DNA from: Neoconidiobolus thromboides FSU 785
Lineage: Eukaryota; Fungi; Entomophthoromycota
Direction: 5' to 3'
Length of the DNA: 64,000 nucleotides
Assembly: GCA_025603075.1 (NCBI GenBank)
Contig: MU626279.1
Span: 1 to 64,000, forward strand
Positions 36,342-47,312 of this stretch are shown here, one piece after another. A model generated the notes under the pieces. The model saw only the letters and a program-made list of their open reading frames with translations, ran no database searches and had not been told where the DNA came from. A program made the position numbers and the translations under genes. Each line of letters opens with the position of its first letter. Position 1 is the stretch's first letter.

Positions 36342-37597
36342 ATGAAATCAGCGAATATTCATTTAAATAAAAGTAATTTCATTCAACAAAATAGTCAATA
36401 GAAAAAACTCAAACTATATTATCAAGTACCATGGTTATGTAGTCCTAAGTGGTTGAATAACAACATAAATAATGTAGTACCGATCGATGCATCATGGTAT
36501 ATGCCAAATAGTCCACGAAATGGGAAAGAAGAATACAAAGCGAAAAGAATTAAAGTAAGCTCGATTGTCCTTTATCAANNNNNNNNNNNNNNNNNNNNNN
36601 NNNNNNNNNNNNNNNNNNNNNNNNNNNNNNNNNNNNNNNNNNNNNNNNNNNNNNNNNNNNNNNNNNNNNNNNNNNNNNNNNNNNNNNNNNNNNNNNNNNN
36701 NNNNNNNNNNNNNNNNNNNNNNNNNNNNNNNNNNNNNNNNNNNNNNNNNNNNNNNNNNNNNNNNNNNNNNNNNNNNNNNNNNNNNNNNNNNNNNNNNNNN
36801 NNNNNNNNNNNNNNNNNNNNNNNNNNNNNNNNNNNNNNNNNNNNNNNNNNNNNNNNNNNNNNNNNNNNNNNNNNNNNNNNNNNNNNNNNNNNNNNNNNNN
36901 NNNNNNNNNNNNNNNNNNNNNNNNNNNNNNNNNNNNNNNNNNNNNNNNNNNNNNNNNNNNNNNNNNNNNNNNNNNNNNNNNNNNNNNNNNNNNNNNNNNN
37001 NNNNNNNNNNNNNNNNNNNNNNNNNNNNNNNNNNNNNNNNNNNNNNNNNNNNNNNNNNNNNNNNNNNNNNNNNNNNNNNNNNNNNNNNNNNNNNNNNNNN
37101 NNNNNNNNNNNNNNNNNNNNNNNNNNNNNNNNNNNNNNNNNNNNNNNNNNNNNNNNNNNNNNNNNNNNNNNNNNNNNNNNNNNNNNNNNNNNNNNNNNNN
37201 NNNNNNNNNNNNNNNNNNNNNNNNNNNNNNNNNNNNNNNNNNNNNNNNNNNNNNNNNNNNNNNNNNNNNNNNNNNNNNNNNNNNNNNNNNNNNNNNNNNN
37301 NNNNNNNNNNNNNNNNNNNNNNNNNNNNNNNNNNNNNNNNNNNNNNNNNNNNNNNNNNNNNNNNNNNNNNNNNNNNNNNNNNNNNNNNNNNNNNNNNNNN
37401 NNNNNNNNNNNNNNNNNNNNNNNNNNNNNNNNNNNNNNNNNNNNNNNNNNNNNNNNNNNNNNNNNNNNNNNNNNNNNNNNNNNCGATTTTATAATGAAGA
37501 TGAAACACCACAAAGTATTAATGATCATATGATATCTGTTTATGATGGTTCTTGGTCTGAGTATGCTGCAAGAAAAGATTCCGTTATTATTAAATAA
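36342..37597 (+). CDS. Thiosulfate/3-mercaptopyruvate sulfurtransferase (tandem rhodanese, Tum1/SseA-like), copy 1; middle lies in an assembly gap
   Basis: N-terminal SPKWL...IDASWYMP and C-terminal VYDGSWSEY rhodanese signature. Confidence 0.8.
36579..37483. other. Assembly gap (905 N)
   Basis: Run of N. Confidence 0.98.
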
Positions 37598-38032
37598 ATA
37601 AAGACAATAATATGACATCTCAATAACTCAAAATCTAGTAAAGCTTAAATATTTTGAATAGACATTCTTGTTATAATGAATCCTATAAATTGATAAATTA
37701 TTAATTAAAAAAGTGTAAGCAATTGCTATAACAATCAAATACTTGCAAAAACTGTTTTAGAATTATAGGCGATTAATGGGAAACAATTTGATTTAATTTT
37801 TAATCATTATCTTATCATGAATTATTATCACATTCAAATAAAAGTTGCTTTTTGCATAAACTATAAGAGCTTTCTATCAACTTCTCCATATAAAGAGTGT
37901 TTTATTTTGAATATACTCAACATTTTTGATGCTTTGGTTTAAATTTTTCCAAAAGCATTTTGTGTAATCTCTTTCTTTGGGCAAATCTGACCAGTAAAAG
38001 TATATAATTGCCAATGTGATTTTTTCCAAAAA

Positions 38033-38133
38033 TATAGGGATATATCTTCTTGTTCAAGATTCTACTAATAATTGCTCCACCCAAATAGCATTTAAAAAAT
38101 GGAAAAGGGATGAAACCAAAAAACACTTTCATA
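38033..38133 (-). mobile_element. MITE family A, copy 10 (diverged)
   Basis: TATAGGGATATATC...TTTAAAAAATGGAAAAGGGATGAAACCAAAAAACACTTTCATA. Confidence 0.7.
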
Positions 38134-38862
38134 TATCCTTTTCAGATGTGTGTTTAAATTTTATCTATTTTGGTCTTTAGTAAAAATTGCGAATTAAGCA
38201 CTAAGTGCTACGAAAATAGCTGCTTTTTTGCTCACTTTTAAGATTAATTGTAGAAATGTTTTTTTGTCTAGTATTTATTTGATACTCTTTCGAAGTTTTG
38301 TGCTACAGAAAATGGTTTAAAGTGAAATTGGAAAATTTTATCCTTAATTTTAACTGAGCTTTTACTTATTCACATAGAAAATATCCAAATTAGAACTAAT
38401 AACATTATTATATCAATAAAAAAGAGATTAATTATAAAATGAACTCATGTAAGTTCGAAGCTGAAATGCGATAATTTAACCATGGATAAATTTATAGCTG
38501 CTTCATCTCTTTTGTGAAAATTTTAAATATTTATTTGAATATATTATTTATGCTGAAATTTGTTGAGTAAAGATTTTGAGCATTGAAATTCAATTAATTG
38601 AATTATTTAACTATAAAAATAACTATTAAGTAGTTCACAAAGAGTTGGAATAAATATAGAAACTTGACAAAAAAACTTATTACCCAAAAATTAGCTTATA
38701 TTGAAAATTGAGACTTAAAATCTTTTTACAAAAAGAAACCAGCAATGTCGGGTTGTGAATAGTAACCCGGCCGTAAAAGGAATGGTCTAGAACAATTGAA
38801 TCCCTTTAAAAAAGTTTAAATAGCAAGCACTAAAGTTGGAATTTTTATTTTTTCTTAAAACA

Positions 38863-40065
38863 ATGCAATCAACAGTCACCTCTTTAAACAAAAGTAAATA
38901 CTTTATCCAAAATTTTCAATAAAATTTAAATATATATTAAAAAGCTCCATACCTATCCAGTCCCAGCTGGTTAAACAATAACTTAGACAAAGTAGTACCG
39001 GTCGATGCATCATGGTATATGCCAAATAGTCCACGAAATGGGAAAGAAGAATACAAAGCGAAAAGAATTAAAGTAAGCTCGATTGTCCTTTATCAANNNN
39101 NNNNNNNNNNNNNNNNNNNNNNNNNNNNNNNNNNNNNNNNNNNNNNNNNNNNNNNNNNNNNNNNNNNNNNNNNNNNNNNNNNNNNNNNNNNNNNNNNNNN
39201 NNNNNNNNNNNNNNNNNNNNNNNNNNNNNNNNNNNNNNNNNNNNNNNNNNNNNNNNNNNNNNNNNNNNNNNNNNNNNNNNNNNNNNNNNNNNNNNNNNNN
39301 NNNNNNNNNNNNNNNNNNNNNNNNNNNNNNNNNNNNNNNNNNNNNNNNNNNNNNNNNNNNNNNNNNNNNNNNNNNNNNNNNNNNNNNNNNNNNNNNNNNN
39401 NNNNNNNNNNNNNNNNNNNNNNNNNNNNNNNNNNNNNNNNNNNNNNNNNNNNNNNNNNNNNNNNNNNNNNNNNNNNNNNNNNNNNNNNNNNNNNNNNNNN
39501 NNNNNNNNNNNNNNNNNNNNNNNNNNNNNNNNNNNNNNNNNNNNNNNNNNNNNNNNNNNNNNNNNNNNNNNNNNNNNNNNNNNNNNNNNNNNNNNNNNNN
39601 NNNNNNNNNNNNNNNNNNNNNNNNNNNNNNNNNNNNNNNNNNNNNNNNNNNNNNNNNNNNNNNNNNNNNNNNNNNNNNNNNNNNNNNNNNNNNNNNNNNN
39701 NNNNNNNNNNNNNNNNNNNNNNNNNNNNNNNNNNNNNNNNNNNNNNNNNNNNNNNNNNNNNNNNNNNNNNNNNNNNNNNNNNNNNNNNNNNNNNNNNNNN
39801 NNNNNNNNNNNNNNNNNNNNNNNNNNNNNNNNNNNNNNNNNNNNNNNNNNNNNNNNNNNNNNNNNNNNNNNNNNNNNNNNNNNNNNNNNNNNNNNNNNNN
39901 NNNNNNNNNNNNNNNNNNNNNNNNNNNNNNNNNNNNNNNNNNNNNNNNNNNCGATTTTATAATGAAGATGAAACACCACAAAGTATTAATGATCATATGA
40001 TATCTGTTTATGATGGTTCTTGGTCTGAGTATGCTGCAAGAAAAGACTCTATTATCACTAAATAA
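38863..40065 (+). CDS. Thiosulfate/3-mercaptopyruvate sulfurtransferase, copy 2; middle lies in an assembly gap
   Basis: SPSWL...VDASWYMP and VYDGSWSEY; same exon structure as copy 1. Confidence 0.8.
39097..39951. other. Assembly gap (855 N)
   Basis: Run of N. Confidence 0.98.
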
Positions 40066-40121
40066 AAAAACAAGAATTAAATCATATTGGTTACATTCAT
40101 TTTTTTATTTTACATATTAAT

Positions 40122-40721
40122 TTAAAGTATTAGTCCAGGTTTTATATTATCAACTACCCCATCGCCTACTAGATACTGAGAAATTGCTAATCCTAACTCA
40201 AAACAAGCACCTGGTCCAGCACTAAATGAATTTTAATTAGATATTATGAATATCGATTACTAATCCTACCCTGTAATAAGATTATCTTGCTTAACTACTT
40301 TCTCTTCCTTATAATTATAATTTGTCATGGATTGTTTAACAGTAGGATGACAAGTTAAATTGAACCCAGCAGCAACTTTAGCTTCCTTGAGAACCGTCGG
40401 GCCTGCACAAACAGCCGCTACTAACTTATTACTTTCAAAAAATTGACGAACTAATTGTAAAACTTTATCATTTTTTGCTAAATTTTCACTGCCCTTAGCA
40501 CCACCTGGAATAAAACATCCGTCAAATTCAGTTACATCAATATTGCTATTAGTTGTATCGGGTATCAATTTTATCCCTCGGCTGCAAACAGCATGGCTTT
40601 CAACGTTGATTCCAAGTATAGTTACTTGAATTCCAGCTCGGATCAAAATATCAGATACAATTACTACTTCCATTTCTTCACTGCCATGGGCTAAAAATAC
40701 CAATACTTTTTTAGTACTCAT
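40122..40721 (-). CDS. DJ-1/PfpI family protein (PARK7/YajL-like), 2 exons
   Basis: GSEEMEV (catalytic Glu), FIPGG and AVCAGP (nucleophilic Cys); second exon AGPGACFELGLAI. Confidence 0.9.
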
Positions 40722-42029
40722 TTGGTTTGTGTATTTGATAACTAGATAAAGATAAATTTGATTATTTGAAAACTAACAACTTTGATAACTTTTCAATTGA
40801 AATATGACGTAAGCTTAAAGTAATCAATTTATAAAATTTAGATTTTTACTACTTTAAATGAATAAATTATTTTGAAAATAATCTTATTTAAATTTAAAAT
40901 TTTATTAGATTAGCTTATCTTTATTATTTAAAAAGTATATCATTACCAATAATAAATTGTAAAGTAATAATAAGCGAAGCTTAAAACTTTTATGTATATT
41001 TCGTTAAATTAATAAAAAAAACTTATGTTTATTTGCACCAAATTTAAACCTCCCCATTCCTTCATTGAAGTTTTTCGAGTGTTAAATTAAATTGCACACT
41101 AGAAAGTTAAATTTTGTGTAATTTATGAAAGGTTTTTGTACATGAACTATAAAATCTATTATGAAAAGTATAATCCCTACATATTATTTTATGGCTTGAC
41201 TCACGTTTAAGTTTTGTAGTATTTTAAAATACTTACTACCTTAAATTTACTTTAAGTGCTACTACTTTGTTGTACATCCATGTTGACAGTTACATAAAAA
41301 TAAAAATAATTGGACACACAACCCATTCCACGCTAAAATTATAATGTTGATTACCTAACTCAAAAAATTAAAAAAAATGTTACATAGACAAAATTTGAAA
41401 TAGTAAACTACTAGCTTATTTATTAATTTAAAAAAACATTAACCCATTTTAATGCTTGTATTATAAGAAACTATTTGTATGCTTTTTTCACCTATAATAT
41501 AAATGGTCTATAACTATCTAGACTATTCCTTGATATTACTAATAATATTAATAATTAAATGTATTCTTATAGCTTTATCTGTTAGTAATAACTTATTAAA
41601 AAATTCATTATTCATACAAATAAAATAAGTAAATCAGTGTAAAATAGGGGATAAATCAAATTAAACTATAAAAAGTAACTAAAATAGTCACGATAATAAT
41701 TCTGTTTAATACTATTATTTATGTTATAGTTGATTAAAACCCTTTGATGTAGAAAAAAGGAGTGGTAGTAATATGTGATAGACAGTTTATTCTAATTTTT
41801 ATGATAAAAATAAGCTTTAAAACAATAATAAAACAGTGAGACATTCATAATTCCATTACTTCTGCAATTTCAGTAATAATGATAAAAAAATTAAAGATTA
41901 GTGATGTTTATATTATAGACGAATTATAAGGGATTAGAAGAGGTATTATAAATAGCTACAAATAAAAACGTGTAAAATAAAACACACCATTAACTATACG
42001 ATTCTTTTATAAAATTGAGCTTAAGAATA

Positions 42030-42930
42030 TTATAAAGTTTCCAACTTTAAACTGGGATCTGAGGTCATAATTTAAATTCAAATTTGTTTCTTTCCTTTTA
42101 ACATCAATCTCGCAATAATAAAACTCCTACAAATAGGTTTGATACCAATATATGAATAAATAAAGGTGAAAAGAATGCTGATTTTTGGTGGTTATTAGCT
42201 ACAAACTTTACAACAAATCTCTTGTTTTTATCTTAATAGTGAAGATTAATCCACAGAATATAGTCCATATTCATTATGGGTTCTAAAACGCGATAAGGGG
42301 TTTTCCAACAATAATTAAAAAATGTTTAATAAAAAAATAAGAATAAAAGTATCCTAGGGGTTAAATAGTTTAAAAGTAAATAAACAATGTGATATGTATA
42401 TTACCATAGAACAATTATGTAATGGTATATTTTTAACATTCAACGAATTGATTTCTAATATTATTCTTTGTAGACAACTAAGTCAGATATTTCTCCAGTT
42501 ACTATTCTATCGCTGACCCCTGCTCTAAATTTAAAATAAATTAACTTTGCTCAAATTATTCAATTCTGGAACTAAATCCCAAGTAATCTTAACTCTATTT
42601 ATTGCCCAAAAATTAAAGCTACTCCAAGTCTAATAGATCACTTAAACATCAAACTATTTTTAAAAATGTATAACGTCCATTGAATATTAGTATAAAATAT
42701 TAAGGGATAAAAGGAGCAAGGTTAACTCCATTAAAACTAGTAAAAATGGATCAGATCCCCTAAATCAATTAATGAAGCTGATAATGAATTTGAAAGTTCT
42801 ATTAAAGTAGAAGCTTATCAAAGGTAATTTTGATCAAATTTATGTCATCTTTAGATTAAGTTAGACAGGCTCTTATTAAAAGTTAAAAAATTAAAAAAAG
42901 CTCTGGAATAGAAAATTCTATAAAAGGAAA
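42030..42930 (+). mobile_element. Decayed LINE-like (APE-type non-LTR) remnant
   Basis: Degenerate motifs in the expected order: FIMG (~42275), RIDF (~42445), SDISPV (42483), VRQAL..KKSSGIEN (~42900), resembling GDFN / SRIDY / SDHSPV / KAPG.D. Confidence 0.45.
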
Positions 42931-43147
42931 AATGATTAAGCCGATTTCAAAGTAGAAAGAGTACCAAATAATCATTATCATAACACAGTAGATAAAAAAA
43001 GTATAAAAAGACAGAAAAGAATCTTTTAATAAATAAGTTTAATAATTCAGTAATTCTTAATTGACTAAATTAATTTGAGTATTGAACATATCAACATTTT
43101 AATGTAAACATATCTTATTAATTTAAGATAAACACAACTATATTAAA

Positions 43148-43681
43148 ATGTTAGGTCAATATAACGAAAAGAGAAAAAATAATGGGTTTAGGGATAACTC
43201 AAGAGTATACAAACAACACTTAGATGGCCGCCGTCAGTATAAACTCAAGATAATACTAGCAACTGTATGTTTAATTGTAGCTATTGGTGGCACAGTAGCA
43301 GCCATGTTAGTAACCGAGATATGGTCCTTAGCAGCCATCATTGGTTTTTCAGTGGGGGTTTATTTCATTACCATCTTATATTTAGTAAAGACTTTTAATT
43401 ATAAGATAAAAAAGAGAGGTCCTATGTATTCTGCAGAAATCCTTAATAACCCAAACCGTTCCTCTATTCCACCACCACCAAGCTATCCACCACCTACATT
43501 AGCCAAATGTCGTTACTCAGAAGAAGGACAAAGGGCTAGCATGATGCAATGGGTTAAAATCGAAACCTTTAAATTAGAAATGGGAAACAACGAAAACTAT
43601 GCTACTTTATTAGACGATGGTTATTCCTTTGATTCTGAAACAATGGGACCCAATACATGCGAAAGTGTTTATAGCAATTAA
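43148..43681 (+). CDS. Hypothetical two-TM membrane protein with a PY motif, 177 aa
   Basis: Two hydrophobic helices followed by PPPPSYPPP. Confidence 0.7.
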   Translation: MLGQYNEKRKNNGFRDNSRVYKQHLDGRRQYKLKIILATVCLIVAIGGTVAAMLVTEIWSLAAIIGFSVGVYFITILYLVKTFNYKIKKRGPMYSAEILNNPNRSSIPPPPSYPPPTLAKCRYSEEGQRASMMQWVKIETFKLEMGNNENYATLLDDGYSFDSETMGPNTCESVYSN

Positions 43682-43700
43682 TTTAAATCAAAAGTTGTAT

Positions 43701-43724
43701 AATAATAATAATAATAATAATAAT
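43701..43724. repeat. (AAT)8 microsatellite
   Basis: Directly visible. Confidence 0.9.
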
Positions 43725-45848
43725 ATCCATCATCTCCTTAAATAAAACATATTGTATTGTGAGCTTACTTCTATTTCTATTAATACATTTGTAGCGTTTT
43801 ATTTATCATATTGTTTACTATTGATACTTGAATAGTTCGAGGGTGATTATAAATTATAGTCTCAAATAAGCATAGATCTAGAGTAAATTCGGATTTAACC
43901 GGTCCAATAAAGTCATTTAAATTTAGTTTTGATAAATCAAATAATTAGTTGATATTACAAGGATCAAATAAATTTAAAGTTTAGCAATAATATAAATTAA
44001 AGGTTAAAGAATACGAGTAGGCGATTAATGAGTGGTTAGCTTTAATTAGGTTTTGGTAGCTTTAATTGATAGAGGTGTAAAAGGAGATTATAGCCTGTAG
44101 ATAATAAATTTTTAAAGAATAATTATCGCGGATGAAATTATAATATAGTGATATTTTAAAGAGCTCATAGCTACTCTTTTTCAAGCCAAAATGGTTGTAT
44201 TTGATTGTTTTTTAGAGTAAAAGCTAAATTTAAAATCAGACTATTTCAATTGTTCTTTTTACTTAACAAAACAAATTACTAATTTTTTCAAACTATTATA
44301 AATTAGTGTAAAAACACTTTAGGTATTTTCGCCCAGCATCCAAAAGTTAAAGAAAATGATAGCTTTATTGCTTCACAGCCAGTACCCTTATTACAGAATA
44401 TCCCATTTTATAATTTGTAACCTGAATTTCAAAATTAAGGCGAGATAACAGAAGGTTTGCAGTCTCTATTTAACATTTAAGAACATCGAGGGATAAGATA
44501 AAACTTACAATATCATTGTTAGTAAGTATTAGCAAAACTCATGGTTTTTAAATAATAAATTTTTAAATGAAACTCAAATTTTGTGCAGCAGGTAAGGAAC
44601 GCAGCATTGAAATTAGAAAGCGGATGTATATATAAGGTAAATGGATGAGTCGTAGGCAATTACGGGTTTAAAAACTTGCTTTGTTGAGAATTGAGTTTTA
44701 AGGATCAAATATTAGACTTTATTTTAATTATTTGAAAGCAGGGATAGTTTTGATTCTAGCAGTAGTTTGATTTCATTAGAAGCCTATTTAAAGAAAAAAA
44801 AATTAGAAGATACTAATAAAAAATAGTTCATACCATTACATATTGTATTTGATAGTTCATTATATTACTAAGTTATTAACTGGTCCATTTTTAAATATTT
44901 AGATAAAGTAACTTGAAAACATAATTTAACTTAATCATGTGGATATTTTAGTCATTTAAATGCGCAACTACTATGTAGAAAATACGAGTTATTGAATACT
45001 AGTTTAATGCGAGTTATCCTTTATGATTACCAAATAAGACAGCAAATAATTTTTGTACAAGAATTATAATTAAAGTTAAATTTTAAGAGTTGGAATAGTG
45101 GTTATAATTAGGCTACAATTACCTATATATCATATATAGAATATTTAACCGTAGCGATAAGATTTAAATTTTACTCTATTTTTTTAATAGTATATAATGT
45201 AAAATATGCATTATTCAAGTACATGTATGTTGAGGTGTCTCTAGCTTCATATATTTTCCCACTCTTAACCATTGTTAAGTGGAAACGTTATTAAACATTT
45301 AAACAAAAAAGACATGTCCATATTTAATCTAATGGTATCAAGGTTTTATTCAAAAAATAACGCGTAGGCATACCTATAAATATAGTACTTGTTTTGTTAA
45401 AATACTGTAGTACTTTACTTTTTTTTAAAATTTTTAAAAAATATTATAAGATTGCAATACAATAATAAAGCAACTAATATTGTTATATCAAACAAAAAAA
45501 CATAAAATAAATTTCCAAGTAATGTCATTTTATTAGCATATATATTTAAAGTTAATACTATCTAAATGAAATGTTTTAAACAATATAACTTTTAATTAGT
45601 ATAATAAAAAACAAGTATTCGAGCTAATATAATGTAATATTAAATAATTTTAAATTAAAATCTAATAATATAATATTTTGCTTTTTAAATCATCAAAATT
45701 TATTGTTGCTTATTTAAAATAAAACAAAACAATTTTATAGTTAAAAATAAAGTAAAAATTATTAAATATTAAAAAAACGTTTTTATAAAATTTAACTATT
45801 ATACCAAAGTATCAAATATGTTAACTCTATTTTATGGTATTTTAAGCA

Positions 45849-45953
45849 TTTGAGAGTGTTTTTTTGGCTTCATCACTTTTTCTTACCTTTTAAGCGTTAT
45901 CTAAGTGGAAAAATTACTAGTAAAATTGTTAAATCTAGAAATATATTGCCATT
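45849..45953 (+). mobile_element. MITE family A, copy 11 (diverged)
   Basis: TTTGAGAGTGTTTTTTTGGCTTCATCAC...TTTAAGCG...GTGGAAAAATT. Confidence 0.75.
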
Positions 45954-46048
45954 TGTATCATTTTTAAATTTAATATCATATTTAATACTATTAGAATTTT
46001 GTACTAAAAAATATTTATATACTATAAAAAGAGCTATAATTTTATCTT

Positions 46049-46120
46049 GGGCGTATAGCTCAGTGGTAGAGCAATCGACTGCAGATCGATAGGTCCCTGG
46101 TTCAAATCCGGGTGCGCCCT
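46049..46120 (+). tRNA. tRNA-Cys(GCA)
   Basis: GGGCGTATAGCTCAGTGGTAGAGCAATCGACTGCAGATCGATAGGTCCCTGGTTCAAATCCGGGTGCGCCCT. Confidence 0.95.
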
Positions 46121-46567
46121 TGTTTTTACTAAACGAGCTTGAGGTAAAGATAGATTGTTTTTTTGGCTGAATCTTAAGTAATTGTATCTTGTGAGTTCAA
46201 GGATGACATCTCCTTGGTTGTCATTGATTTGAGGGGAGCTCAGTTATTCAATAAATTGAATTTCCATGGTTATTTTTTCTTGAGGAAATCAGGTAAAATT
46301 TCCCTGTGTAAATATTGAGTCAAATTTTTAAAACTAGAATCAAATATTAACAATGTTACATTTTTAAAATGTCTAATTAAATAAAATAAAAAATAAACCA
46401 TTATATATGAAATTGTCTCAAGCTATTCAAAATAAATTAGTTATTAAAAAATAAACAAGATGTCGAGTCAATAATTGTTAACTCAAGCCATTGAATTATT
46501 TAACAACCAAAAGTAAGTTTAAACCTTAATCACTCAAAAAAAGTTAACAATTTAACTATTGGAAATA

Positions 46568-46672
46568 GATGGGGATGTATTTTTGTGCCTAAGAGTTTTA
46601 CTAACAAATTTTCCGCTTAAATAGCGCTTAAAAAATGGAAAAAATAATGAAGTCAAAAAAAATATTACCAGA
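46568..46672 (-). mobile_element. MITE family A, copy 12
   Basis: GATGGGGATGTATTTTTGTG...AAAAATAATGAAGTCAAAAAAA. Confidence 0.85.
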
Positions 46673-47101
46673 TTTTATTCAAAAAAAATGGTGTAGGAAA
46701 ACCAAAAATTAGACCTAAGTAAACGACTAAAAATTGTCTACTTTATAGTCAAAAAAAGTGCTTAGCAATCATTTGAGGTTAAGCTTAAATTTAATGGCTC
46801 AAAAAGATTTTCATGGACAAAAAGCAGTCTACATTTGTCTCAAGTCTATTTATTTTTCAAAAAGATATCCAGTAATAGGTATTTTTTAAGCAATGGACTG
46901 CTTTTGACTGATATAATTAGAAATTAATTTTTTATCTTAATATGATCAACTTAGTGAAGCTTTATAAACAACCAATAGATATAGAGTTTATGATGCTAAC
47001 TTTGTATGTAACGTTCATATTTGTCATCTAATAATATTTTGAAACAACTATGAATTGAGCAAAAAATTTTCAGAATGATAGCGCGTTTACATTAGCTGAA
47101 G

Positions 47102-47252
47102 TGATTGGCTCTTATCTAATTTTCATCATTCTATTTAGTCTTAGTGATATTTTTATTTGATCAAAAGTTGGATCTTGTTTGATTGGTTGTAGAGGCTATA
47201 ATGGCGTTTTCTATCAATATAATTGGTTAATATTTAGTTTAGTGATGATTGG
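47102..47252. promoter_or_regulatory. Cluster of four co-oriented CCAAT boxes (ATTGG) upstream of the Myb gene
   Basis: ATTGG at about 47104, 47182, 47222 and 47248, 60-210 bp before the ATG at 47313. Confidence 0.45.
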
Positions 47253-47312
47253 ATTATAAGCTTATAAGTCATTCATGGAATAAAGTAATTTTCTTTTAAA
47301 TAAGTCGCAAAA

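Noticed and set aside
36453-40065. 300-360 aa ORFs made of X residues
   Set aside because: Artefacts of translating N gaps.
44380-44690. Possible continuation of the LINE RT (WFLNNKFLNETQ)
   Set aside because: The Q.GFR motif and YRPISL are not convincingly present; too weak to call.
46459-46900. Possible decayed HTH/transposase start (MSSQ*LLTQAIELFNNQK, GKPKI) interrupted by MITE copy 12
   Set aside because: Early stop and no recognisable DDE motifs.
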